Shown piece after piece: positions 10,979-20,175 of a DNA stretch of 64,000 nt. Each line of letters opens with the position of its first letter. Position 1 is the first letter of the stretch. Source of the DNA: an uncultured virus (IMG/VR IMGVR_UViG_3300032085_001238) (lineage: Duplodnaviria; Heunggongvirae; Uroviricota; Caudoviricetes). The stretch is from the IMG/VR virus record IMGVR_UViG_3300032085_001238, one strand, 5' to 3'. Below the pieces are notes generated by a model. That model worked only from the letters and a program-made list of their open reading frames with translations. It ran no database searches and was not told the origin of the DNA. A program made the translations under genes and the position numbers.

Positions 10979-11060
10979 TGTAAGAGTGAGAGAGTGATGC
11001 TATGAATACTTGTATTCATGTGAGAAGTTTCATATGTGAAATGTCATCCCACTCATTACA
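10979..11060 (-). ncRNA. Candidate structured cis-regulatory RNA between the SSB and uvsX genes
   Basis: Closing stem UGUAA/GAGUGGGA...UCUCACUC/UUACA enclosing two hairpins (UUUCA/UGAAA; AUGAAUAC/GUAUUCAU). Confidence 0.45.
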
Positions 11061-11075
11061 ATTTGTTGTTATTGA

Positions 11076-11840
11076 TTAATTATTGAATAAATTATCAAAT
11101 GCGTCTGAAACATCTGCTGTTGATTTAGTAGCTGTTTGTTGAGCTACTTTCTCAGTAGTGTTCGTTGGAACACTTGCTTCTGTCTCATCAGATGGATTTA
11201 AAAAGTTCTGTAAAACTTCTTTCAACTCATCATAAGTTGGTTCATTGTAAAGTTCAGTTAAATTAGACTGATTTTCAAAGATACCTTTTAACTGCTCAGC
11301 ATCTTCGGTAATCGCTGTCTGATTAGGTTTAACCCTTACAGTAGTTTTACCATATTGGTTACCAGCTTCAGCAGGTGTTTGTCTATCTATACCAATATCT
11401 CTACCATTAGTAGCATCTGTGATGTCACCATAATCAGGGTCAGCAATTACACCAAGAAGTTCTTGATATACAGTTTTACCGAATCCCCAAAATTTAACAC
11501 CTTCTGATTCTTTACCACGAACTACTACAGGAGCAAAAGTTCTCATTTTAGGTTCAAGTCTTTTACCTTGAATCCATTCGTCTTTATTACCTGTTGATTT
11601 TAGTTTGTCAGCAAATTCAGCTACTGGGTCTGGTCTTCCAAATGAAAGAGGTGATAGGTAAGTTTTATTATTACCTAAGTTATAATGAAAGAATAACTCA
11701 ATGAATGGGTTATCTTTATTATGTTTGTAAGGAACAACACGAACAACTTGTTGACCTGGTTCAGGTTTCCAAAAGTTATCTTTTGTATTTGAAGTTGATT
11801 GTAATGTTGCTAGTTTGGATTTTATTGCGTCTATATCCAT
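11076..11840 (-). CDS. ssDNA-binding protein (gp32-like)
   Basis: FWKPEPG, VKFWGFGKTVY, DYGDITD, acidic tail ending AFDNLFNN. Confidence 0.85.
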   Translation of the reverse strand: MDIDAIKSKLATLQSTSNTKDNFWKPEPGQQVVRVVPYKHNKDNPFIELFFHYNLGNNKTYLSPLSFGRPDPVAEFADKLKSTGNKDEWIQGKRLEPKMRTFAPVVVRGKESEGVKFWGFGKTVYQELLGVIADPDYGDITDATNGRDIGIDRQTPAEAGNQYGKTTVRVKPNQTAITEDAEQLKGIFENQSNLTELYNEPTYDELKEVLQNFLNPSDETEASVPTNTTEKVAQQTATKSTADVSDAFDNLFNN

Positions 11841-11926
11841 TTTGTATTTCTCCTATGTGTTTTATCATTTATCGTTTATTAGTTATGGTTTTATGAACCA
11901 TATAACCTATTTTATTTCTTACCTAT

Positions 11927-11961
11927 AATATATATCAAAAATGCAATATAAGTCAAGCTTT
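11927..11961 (-). promoter_or_regulatory. Sigma70-like promoter upstream of SSB
   Basis: AAAGCTTGACT-N18-TATATT. Confidence 0.65.
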
Positions 11962-11964
11962 TTT

Positions 11965-12351
11965 TTATTTTTTTTCAAATTTTTTCCATTTTCCTATTGG
12001 ACACTCTGCTGTAGCGTAGTGAGTTTTAACATTCATAAAGCATCCACACTCTATACATCGTCCATCTTTCTTATCTGTATCGGGATTAATTTCATCATAT
12101 AATAACCTATCACACCTAATACATTCATCCCATCTTTCTTGTGCAATTTCTTGGGGGACTATAACATGCTTTCCTCTCATAAAGGCTTTCAAACTTCTCC
12201 AATGAGTAACAGCTAAATCACGAACCATTTGAGACGTTGGTGGAAGTTTCTTTTCCATTTTCAACATATTCTCTGATTTTTTAATGTTTTTTAACTCTTG
12301 TTCTGTAGCTTCTCTATCAATCGTTGGTATTGGTTTGAATTTAAAACTCAT
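11965..12351 (-). CDS. Cys-rich putative metal-binding protein
   Basis: CIRC...CIECGC...CPIGKW. Confidence 0.7.
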   Translation of the reverse strand: MSFKFKPIPTIDREATEQELKNIKKSENMLKMEKKLPPTSQMVRDLAVTHWRSLKAFMRGKHVIVPQEIAQERWDECIRCDRLLYDEINPDTDKKDGRCIECGCFMNVKTHYATAECPIGKWKKFEKK

Positions 12352-12902
12352 TTTACTCCAAGATGATTCATTAGTTTTTGTAGATTATTTTCTATGGTTT
12401 TTAATCTACCATCTAATGATTGTTTCTGTGCCTCTCTTTGTTTTTGAGCTGTTTTAAATTTATCAATTATTTGTTCTGATGTTTGTAATTCTTTTAAATG
12501 GGAATTTTCTTTTAACCATTTATTATATTTTTTCTTAAAGGATTTAATTTGTTTTTCATCAAAAAAATCAGTTGGTAGTTTTGGTGGTTTAGATTTTGGT
12601 TTAGGTGGTTTTGGTATTTTTTCACCATCAGCCCATTTTTTTATTGTTTCTTCATCTCTATAACCACATATTGAATTTCCTGTGTCGGAATTAACTAAAA
12701 GTGGTGTACCACATTTAATTTTAAATTTTTCTTCTATTTCTTTTTTGAATAATTCATTAGCCTTATGTGTTGTATCTAACTTAACAATATCATAACCATT
12801 TGAATTAAGTTTATCTACAATTGGTTCTACTTTAGTGCAAAAAACACATCCAACTGAGTAAAAATAATATAAAGTGGATTCTTTTTTGGATTTTTTTGTC
12901 AT
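12348..12902 (-). CDS. Thioredoxin/glutaredoxin-fold protein with basic C-terminal extension
   Basis: YYFYSVGCVFC and GTP cis-Pro motif. Confidence 0.8.
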   Translation of the reverse strand: MTKKSKKESTLYYFYSVGCVFCTKVEPIVDKLNSNGYDIVKLDTTHKANELFKKEIEEKFKIKCGTPLLVNSDTGNSICGYRDEETIKKWADGEKIPKPPKPKSKPPKLPTDFFDEKQIKSFKKKYNKWLKENSHLKELQTSEQIIDKFKTAQKQREAQKQSLDGRLKTIENNLQKLMNHLGVK

Positions 12903-12919
12903 AACCTTTTTCCTCTATT

Positions 12920-13315
12920 TTAAACTTTTTCTATTTTAAATATTCTTGTATTGATTCTATTCAATCCTTCTGAATTTGTTATCAATAACATATTCTTAAA
13001 GTTTTCCCAGGGTATCATAAACTTGTTGTCTAAAACACCGTTGTTTAAATTCTTTATACATTCATTCAATGCATTGATGGTATATAATGTATTGGAATGT
13101 TTTTTTCTATGTAATGAAATCGTTCCCTCTACTTTATTATAATCTATACCACCTTGTGTATCTACATTGTATGTACAGATTAATTCATTCACATTGTTTT
13201 CATTTTGTAATACATATACTTTACTGAATATGATTGTATATGCATCAACGATTTTCTCAATTGTTTCATCAAGATTATCTTTTGTTGTGAATGTTGCTAG
13301 TAGTTGAGATTTCAT
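12920..13315 (-). CDS. Hypothetical phage protein
   Basis: 131-aa ORF in operon. Confidence 0.75.
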   Translation of the reverse strand: MKSQLLATFTTKDNLDETIEKIVDAYTIIFSKVYVLQNENNVNELICTYNVDTQGGIDYNKVEGTISLHRKKHSNTLYTINALNECIKNLNNGVLDNKFMIPWENFKNMLLITNSEGLNRINTRIFKIEKV

Positions 13316-13319
13316 TATT

Positions 13320-15350
13320 TTACCTTCTCAAGTCCGCTGCTGGAGTATTTGGAAACTTTATTGGTTCTTGGTCACCATAAATATCTCGTGATACTGATTC
13401 AACATTTTTACCAAAGTTAGGAGCAACTTTCATTTCAAATTTATGTAAACCACCATACCCCTCACCATCTTCTCTAATACCAACCTCAGTAATTGGAATA
13501 ACTTTATCTTGTCCTGCAACCTTAGCTCTATATTCTACCATTGGTGGGTTTGCGTCAGGATTAACCTCCAAAGATTCAACTACTTGATTCCAATCTGAAG
13601 TTCCAAATATACCTTCCATTACTTTTTTACTTATAACAAATTCACCTAATATTATATTTTCATCACCATCTGATACTGATTTTAAAGGGAAGTTGTCTCT
13701 AACAACATTCATCACAACTTCTTTAGCCTTATCATCATTTTGTATAAATGTTGCAACTTCTTTAGCGTGTTCTTTAGCTATTAGTTTTTGTTGTTCTACA
13801 AACTCTTCACCTAATGGGTCACCTGCTTCTGTCATTAATCTACCCAAAGTTATGGATACTTTATCAATAGCTCTTTTATCTTTTTTCTTAGACCATTTCC
13901 TTAGATTTTCTTTAATATAATCCCTACTTAAAACCAAATCAGAATTTTCGGCTAAATCTTTTTTATACTGAGATATAAAACCTTCAAATGATTCTATTGT
14001 TTTATCTTTAGTTGCTGAATCCATATCCACAGCTACTTTTAAAAGTACTTTATCAAAATTTTCAATACCATCAATATTATTCAAGTACTCACTAATATTC
14101 ATTCTATTATTTTGATAAAAATTATCAATATTTTTTACTTGATTGTCTTTGAATGCACTAACACCTTTTTGTTGTAAATGTTGTGGTAAAATTCCTGTAT
14201 CTTCAAAAACAGAGCCAATTGTTTTATTTAACAACCTTTGCCCTTTTAAACTTTGTTTTAATGATATTTCATCTTTAACTATTTTATCACCGACTTTTAC
14301 CGTGAACATAATATCTGTACTATATCCTTTTTCACCATAGTCTTGTCCTAATGCTTCAAATTCTTCTTGAATATCCCAAGCCGAACCAACTATTTCATAA
14401 TCAGGTCCATGAGTGTCATACATCATTCTTAAAATAGCTGAACTATTTGCTTTAGCCGCTTTAGACCAAGTAGATGTTACAGGAATTTTTTCTCCTCTAG
14501 CTTTTGCTTTTTGTATTTGTTCATCTATGGCTCTAAAAAATTCAGCTCTTTCTTCTCTTTTCATTGTTGTAGCCATCATTGATAAAAGTTCTCCTGCATT
14601 AGCGCCTGCATTACCCGCTCCAACTTTTCCCATACCATAATAACCTGATTTAGAAGTATCACCATCTGCAGTAAAACCTTTGTCCTTATCAGTTAATCGT
14701 GTATTCATTAATCTTTCAATGAATTGTGTATATTTTTTTGGTATCTTTGGATTGTTTTTTACACTATCGGGCATTGTGAAAGTATCTGTGGTTTTATTGT
14801 TACTATTTTTCTTGATAAAGTCTTCATCACTTGTTTCCAATGGTTCACTATATACTTTACCACCAATTTTTTCTCTTTGACTATCAGCTTTTGATTTTGG
14901 TTTATCTTCAGTATCTTTTTTATCTTTACTACTTTTACCAGTGACAGCTTTCTCTGTATCAAAATCATCTCCTGATAATTTTCCAGTATCGGTTTCTGTG
15001 TCTTGTTTAGTATCACCCTTATCATCAAGATTGGCTGCTTTTACCGCAGCTTCTTTTTCATCAGTTCCTTTTCCTTGTTCAATGTCTGAAGCATATTGTC
15101 TAGCTGTTTTCATTGTAATGGTTCTTGTTTTACCATCGTGTTTAAATGTTACTTTCTCATCTTCATCATCTTGTTCATTGATTAAATTTTGAATAACTTG
15201 ATAAATAACATTATTTGGTAAATTCAATTCTTCCATTGATTCACGAAGATTGTGAATATGTTCTGCGTTTTTTGGATTAGGCATTCCATCGTGAACACGA
15301 TATGCCCATTCTACTAATATGTCTTCAATGATTTCTGAAATATGTGTCAT
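13320..15350 (-). CDS. Multidomain protein, possible PD-(D/E)xK nuclease domain
   Basis: STDI...EISLK motif; N-terminal EWAYRVHDGMP module; charged linker. Confidence 0.45.
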   Translation of the reverse strand: MTHISEIIEDILVEWAYRVHDGMPNPKNAEHIHNLRESMEELNLPNNVIYQVIQNLINEQDDEDEKVTFKHDGKTRTITMKTARQYASDIEQGKGTDEKEAAVKAANLDDKGDTKQDTETDTGKLSGDDFDTEKAVTGKSSKDKKDTEDKPKSKADSQREKIGGKVYSEPLETSDEDFIKKNSNNKTTDTFTMPDSVKNNPKIPKKYTQFIERLMNTRLTDKDKGFTADGDTSKSGYYGMGKVGAGNAGANAGELLSMMATTMKREERAEFFRAIDEQIQKAKARGEKIPVTSTWSKAAKANSSAILRMMYDTHGPDYEIVGSAWDIQEEFEALGQDYGEKGYSTDIMFTVKVGDKIVKDEISLKQSLKGQRLLNKTIGSVFEDTGILPQHLQQKGVSAFKDNQVKNIDNFYQNNRMNISEYLNNIDGIENFDKVLLKVAVDMDSATKDKTIESFEGFISQYKKDLAENSDLVLSRDYIKENLRKWSKKKDKRAIDKVSITLGRLMTEAGDPLGEEFVEQQKLIAKEHAKEVATFIQNDDKAKEVVMNVVRDNFPLKSVSDGDENIILGEFVISKKVMEGIFGTSDWNQVVESLEVNPDANPPMVEYRAKVAGQDKVIPITEVGIREDGEGYGGLHKFEMKVAPNFGKNVESVSRDIYGDQEPIKFPNTPAADLRR

Positions 15351-16625
15351 TTATAACCTTTCCGTAATGTTTTGCATTTCACCATAGTTTAAACCCATTT
15401 TTGATTTGGTGTAAAAATAAGGTTCTGTATCACCTGGTACATCGGTTTTAACTTCTAATATTCTTTTGATTTCTTTCAAAGTTTCAACTCCATCTTGTTT
15501 TGAAAAATCGAATAGGAAACTATCATATCCGTATAAAACCAATTTAGTCTTCTTATCTAATAAATAGTCTTGAATTAATAAAATCTTCTTAACATTCAAT
15601 TCTGTTTCCAATGCTTGAATTAAATAATTAAACAATTTACTCTTATTCAAATCATTGTAATTTTCTAATACTATTCTCCGTCTATAAATATCAGTTAAAA
15701 TGTATTTATTCTTATTTATTTCATCCCATTTGTTATTTATAAATTTGTATGTTAAATCAAAAAATGGAACTTTTTCTCTGGTTTGTTTATCAATTCCACC
15801 ATATAATAATTGAAAACTTCTTTGTTTTGATTCCTCATATGAACATTCATAGTGTTTAGCCAAATGTTCGTGAACTGAATCTTTACCAAAATCATACTTA
15901 ACCAATTGTGAAATTATTCTTAAATGATATGCATCATAATCCATTTCAACCAAATAATCGTTTTCAGCCACTATAGCTTTTCTCTTTTCAGGTGGTAGAG
16001 CTGCAAAGTTAACTGAACCGAATGAATTACTTGGACGACCTGTTGTTGTCCATAGATTGTAATTACTATATAACTTACTATCTGATATGTGTTTTCTTAC
16101 TCGTTCATCAAATATATCACATACATCATTTGATACCTTTACACCTTTTTTTTCAATTGAACCAAAGGCTTCTATGAAATCATTCATATAATAATCATCA
16201 GTTCCACCAACATATGGTCTAACCATCTTCTCATAAACATCACTACAATACTCATTATGTTTCGATAATGGTATGATTTCGTTAAGTTTTTTTACATTGT
16301 AGAACTTATTACTCAAGAAATCTATTGCATTATTACGAACATTGTTTTCAAATGGTTTACCTGTATCTATCCAATGTAAGAAATTCATATCCACAACAGT
16401 GTCGAATTTATAAAAATGATTCAATAATTTTTTATCACGAGTTAAAATCGTATAATCATTTAACCATTTGTAATCCTCCATCATTTTATCTGAATCAGGA
16501 TGTTGTTCAATGATAAACATTGGTTCTTTTTTGGATATTTCTTTACACCATAGTGCTGATAATCCATTATCTTTATGTAATGGATGTAAGAATGGTTCTT
16601 TAAATATAGGTATAATACAATACAT
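15351..16625 (-). CDS. Minimal family A DNA polymerase-like protein
   Basis: TTTGRPSN, motif A DYDAYHLRI, motif B KQRSFQLLYG, NYLIQ, motif C YDSF. Confidence 0.8.
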   Translation of the reverse strand: MYCIIPIFKEPFLHPLHKDNGLSALWCKEISKKEPMFIIEQHPDSDKMMEDYKWLNDYTILTRDKKLLNHFYKFDTVVDMNFLHWIDTGKPFENNVRNNAIDFLSNKFYNVKKLNEIIPLSKHNEYCSDVYEKMVRPYVGGTDDYYMNDFIEAFGSIEKKGVKVSNDVCDIFDERVRKHISDSKLYSNYNLWTTTGRPSNSFGSVNFAALPPEKRKAIVAENDYLVEMDYDAYHLRIISQLVKYDFGKDSVHEHLAKHYECSYEESKQRSFQLLYGGIDKQTREKVPFFDLTYKFINNKWDEINKNKYILTDIYRRRIVLENYNDLNKSKLFNYLIQALETELNVKKILLIQDYLLDKKTKLVLYGYDSFLFDFSKQDGVETLKEIKRILEVKTDVPGDTEPYFYTKSKMGLNYGEMQNITERL

Positions 16626-16633
16626 TGTACTTC

Positions 16634-16667
16634 AATATACAACATTTATTTTAATAAAACAAGCTTT
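16634..16667 (-). promoter_or_regulatory. Sigma70-like promoter giving a near-leaderless PolA-like mRNA
   Basis: AAAGCTTGTTT-N17-TATATT; the -10 box ends 8 nt before the ATG; no SD. Confidence 0.55.
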
Positions 16668-16669
16668 TT

Positions 16670-19600
16670 TTATGCAGAATATCCTTTACCTGGAGTTGAA
16701 CGTCTTGGAGCTTTATCAAAAGCCGTAATGACAGTTTCGCTGTCGGTTATAAATTGGAATCCTTTTTGAATTACTAAAAAATATTCTTTATTATTTTCCA
16801 TTTCGATAATTGGTGGTATTATACCTTGTACACCATTATTAGGTAAAGTTTTTCGAGCATCATCAATATACTTTTCACCTAATATATTATTAATACCTTT
16901 TACTTTACCATTAAAATCAATATATCTGGCAGTGCCAACATCTACATTATTACTAGATGATATACCATAACCATCAACCACACCCCCAAAATCAAGCTTA
17001 AATGTTTTTTTAGTTGAAGCTTTAAATGTAAAAACTAAATCAATGTTATTTCTATTATTATCTTGTATTTTTAAATTTGTCATAAAAGGTAATAATGTTT
17101 CCATTTTTACCTTTTCCCCATTTAGTGCAAAACCTTTCAAATTTAAGTTGTTCAATACTTTTGGTGATAAAAATACTTTTTCTCTATCAATGTCTTTTAT
17201 TATTGTTTCAGTGTTATTTTTTATGGGTCTATATTTAGTTTCTAATATAGTAAACCACCCATCGGAATTTACATTATGTGCTACTTTCATTGTCTGTAAA
17301 TAAGAGTTTTTAAAATGTTGTTTTGGTAAATAATCCACTCTAAATGTATCACCAGGTTGAATTGAACCAATTCCATAAGTGGTTAATGATAAAGTATATG
17401 GAAGTAAAATAGACTTGTTTTTTAAATTAATTTCTTGTATTTCTATTAATCTAAAATAATCTTTAAAACTAACCGCAACTTTATTTCCTCTTCGTATTAA
17501 TAAATCATTATTTTGCTCTATCAATTTATTTTGTTGTTCTTTTGTTATTTTAGTCGGTCTAGGTATTGATATAGGTGCTTCTTTTAAACCACCTTCTGGA
17601 TTTCTTTTTTCACCACCTGCAACTATAATATCTTGTGTATTTCTAATAGCAGATGTTTTATAAATATTTGAATCTATTAAAGATTTAGCTCCTGCATAAA
17701 TATCAATATTGTTAGCATTTTTATTTTCTTTTGCATCAATTTGACTACTTCTATATCCACCATTGTCAGGTTCATAAAGGATTGATAAAGATTGTTTATC
17801 TAAATCAGCGGTTTGAACCACTCTATGAATATCTTCATTTAATGGGAATATATTGTTTTCGTGACTCATACCTTGAATGGCGTACATATTTCCAATATCA
17901 CCTGTTGGTAAATTAAGTTCTAAATTATAATCTTTTACTATTGAATTTGGTGACATAATGTTAAATTTAAATAAATTTGCAAATTCATCAGGCTCTTCAG
18001 TTTCTGAATTTGATATACCAGAATCTAATATTCTTTGAGTAATGTCAGGTCTATTGGAGTCAATTATTATCAATTCTGAATCCAATCCACCAGTTATAAA
18101 TTTCCAATCAAAAACCCCATCACTATCTTCATTTATTGCTTTAAGAATATCATTTAACGATTTTTTTACAGTTTCATTAGTTTTAAATGCATTTATTATA
18201 GTCTCTACATTAATAAAAACCTCACGAATTGGTATTCTTCTTTTACCTTGAGACTCCTCACTACCAATACCCGCATCGAATTTTGTATGGTCTTCACCAT
18301 CTGGATAAACAAATGGATACTTTTTATTAAAGTAACTATATGAACCTTTACCCCCATCTTCAGGGTCTGAATTTCCCCACCAATCAGGATAAAGAAATAC
18401 AGGTGGTTCTTCAGGTACTTTTGATAATGTTTTTTGTCTATTTGTAAACACATTGTCCCAAGTTGTAAATGAATTTGATGAATCCATTCTAACTTGAAGA
18501 TTTTTTCCTTCATTTATATCATCACCACCATTACCAAAACCAAAGTTTTGATTAAAAATAATATCCTCAATGAAACCCCAACTCACATAAATATCATCAG
18601 CCTCTCTACTATTGACAAATACACCAGTTCTAATGGAATCATCTGTTGGAGTTAAATCTGCACCACCAAAATTAAGAAAAGCTAGTTGAGCTAAGTTCTT
18701 TTCATATTGTTCAATGGTTTCAGCACTCGAATCAAAATTTGGCGTTAAAAGTATATCCTTAGCATCAGAGGTAAGTTGTGTTACTACCTCTTCAGTAGGT
18801 TCTTGGATTTGATTATTTAATGTAGCCTCAAGTCCTAAAAGTAAAGTAGCACGAGTTAAAATATCTTTGATGTGCATTGTTGTAGACTTATCTGTTTTAA
18901 AATCTAAAAGTGCAGAATTGGTAGAAATTAATGTAACTGAACATTCCACACTACCATTTGGTAATATTTTTGCATTATAATCAGATACAATACCTTGAAT
19001 AACTTCTAAATCACCTTGATATTTTGTTACTTGACCTAAAGCTTCGTTTCTGTCCTCAACATAATATCCATCTACATCATCATAACCTGGAACAATATTG
19101 CTAGGGTCTCCATAAAGATATTCACTAATCGGTACAGAGCTTGTAATTAATTCTTGTGGATTATATAAATTCTTAACACTACTATGTCCAAAATCTACAA
19201 ATATTGTAGCACCTGGTTTTAAAAAGTATCTATTGTAAATTTTATCAAAATCATAAAAATTATGAACTACGAAATTAACTATTGTTTTTTTTCTAACACC
19301 CAATGTTCCGTCAGTTTCTGAAGTAAGACCTGTAATACCAGCTTGTGGTTTCATTAATGGATTTTTTTCTAATTCAGTTGGTATTATTCCATAAATTCCA
19401 CTATCTTCAGTAAAAGTATATCCATCAGTACCCACTATTTCATTAGGTGTAAGTTCACCATAACTTGTTTGATAATTATAATCACCAATGATATATGTTC
19501 TTCTTGCGTGGTCAACCTGAGGTCTTTCTTGTGTTGTAATATAGTACTTACCATCTATTTTAGTAATTAGTGCATTGGGATATGTTTCTTGTATTTCTTT

Positions 19601-19903
19601 TAATTTTTTTTGGTTTTTTTCATTTCTAAACTTTTTTGAGGTTTTATTATCAACTTCATCTGGATTGTCAATTTCTTCTAATACTTCAGCCACTTTAGCA
19701 GGTTCAACTATTTTAACACTTGTCCACATTCTGATAAAGGGTGTTCTTGATGATAAGTCTGCTTGATTGTTTCCATTTTTATCAGGAAAAACTGCTTCAA
19801 TGGATTCACCAGGAGCCACTTCACCTGCAACTCTTTGTCTATCTTCAAGTTTTTTCTTAACTTTACCTGATATTGGACTACCAAATAATCTTTCATTTAT
19901 CAT
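16670..19903 (-). CDS. Large baseplate hub-like structural protein
   Basis: Position after tape measure and LysM-like genes; PQAGITG, FLKPGATIFVDFG, GIGSIQPGDTFRVDYLP. Confidence 0.55.
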   Translation of the reverse strand: MINERLFGSPISGKVKKKLEDRQRVAGEVAPGESIEAVFPDKNGNNQADLSSRTPFIRMWTSVKIVEPAKVAEVLEEIDNPDEVDNKTSKKFRNEKNQKKLKEIQETYPNALITKIDGKYYITTQERPQVDHARRTYIIGDYNYQTSYGELTPNEIVGTDGYTFTEDSGIYGIIPTELEKNPLMKPQAGITGLTSETDGTLGVRKKTIVNFVVHNFYDFDKIYNRYFLKPGATIFVDFGHSSVKNLYNPQELITSSVPISEYLYGDPSNIVPGYDDVDGYYVEDRNEALGQVTKYQGDLEVIQGIVSDYNAKILPNGSVECSVTLISTNSALLDFKTDKSTTMHIKDILTRATLLLGLEATLNNQIQEPTEEVVTQLTSDAKDILLTPNFDSSAETIEQYEKNLAQLAFLNFGGADLTPTDDSIRTGVFVNSREADDIYVSWGFIEDIIFNQNFGFGNGGDDINEGKNLQVRMDSSNSFTTWDNVFTNRQKTLSKVPEEPPVFLYPDWWGNSDPEDGGKGSYSYFNKKYPFVYPDGEDHTKFDAGIGSEESQGKRRIPIREVFINVETIINAFKTNETVKKSLNDILKAINEDSDGVFDWKFITGGLDSELIIIDSNRPDITQRILDSGISNSETEEPDEFANLFKFNIMSPNSIVKDYNLELNLPTGDIGNMYAIQGMSHENNIFPLNEDIHRVVQTADLDKQSLSILYEPDNGGYRSSQIDAKENKNANNIDIYAGAKSLIDSNIYKTSAIRNTQDIIVAGGEKRNPEGGLKEAPISIPRPTKITKEQQNKLIEQNNDLLIRRGNKVAVSFKDYFRLIEIQEINLKNKSILLPYTLSLTTYGIGSIQPGDTFRVDYLPKQHFKNSYLQTMKVAHNVNSDGWFTILETKYRPIKNNTETIIKDIDREKVFLSPKVLNNLNLKGFALNGEKVKMETLLPFMTNLKIQDNNRNNIDLVFTFKASTKKTFKLDFGGVVDGYGISSSNNVDVGTARYIDFNGKVKGINNILGEKYIDDARKTLPNNGVQGIIPPIIEMENNKEYFLVIQKGFQFITDSETVITAFDKAPRRSTPGKGYSA

Positions 19904-19905
19904 TT

Positions 19906-20175
19906 TTAAAACCCTTCAGCGTCTTGTGTATTTGCTGGTATTCTGATTGATGTTCCTGCTGGTATGTTGTTTGTAGTTAGATTATTAGTTCGTGCTATAA
20001 ACCACCATAATGATGAATCACCATAGAATCTTTGTGCTAAATTATCACACCTATCACCTTCAGTAGCGATGAAATATCCATCACTATTTTTTTCATTTAC
20101 TTTTTTGTAAACAGTAGTGGAATAATAATCTTTATTATTCTTTCTTTGTTTTTTTGTATTTTCGTATCTAGCCAT
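19906..20175 (-). CDS. LysM-like baseplate protein (gp53/tail X-like)
   Basis: EGDRCDNLAQRFYGDSSLWWFIARTNNL...IRIP. Confidence 0.8.
   Translation of the reverse strand: MARYENTKKQRKNNKDYYSTTVYKKVNEKNSDGYFIATEGDRCDNLAQRFYGDSSLWWFIARTNNLTTNNIPAGTSIRIPANTQDAEGF

Noticed and set aside
10979..11060. tRNA (including tRNA-Sec) interpretation of the branched RNA
   Set aside because: No TTC T-loop, anticodon arm or acceptor/CCA geometry; no tRNA was recognised in the window.
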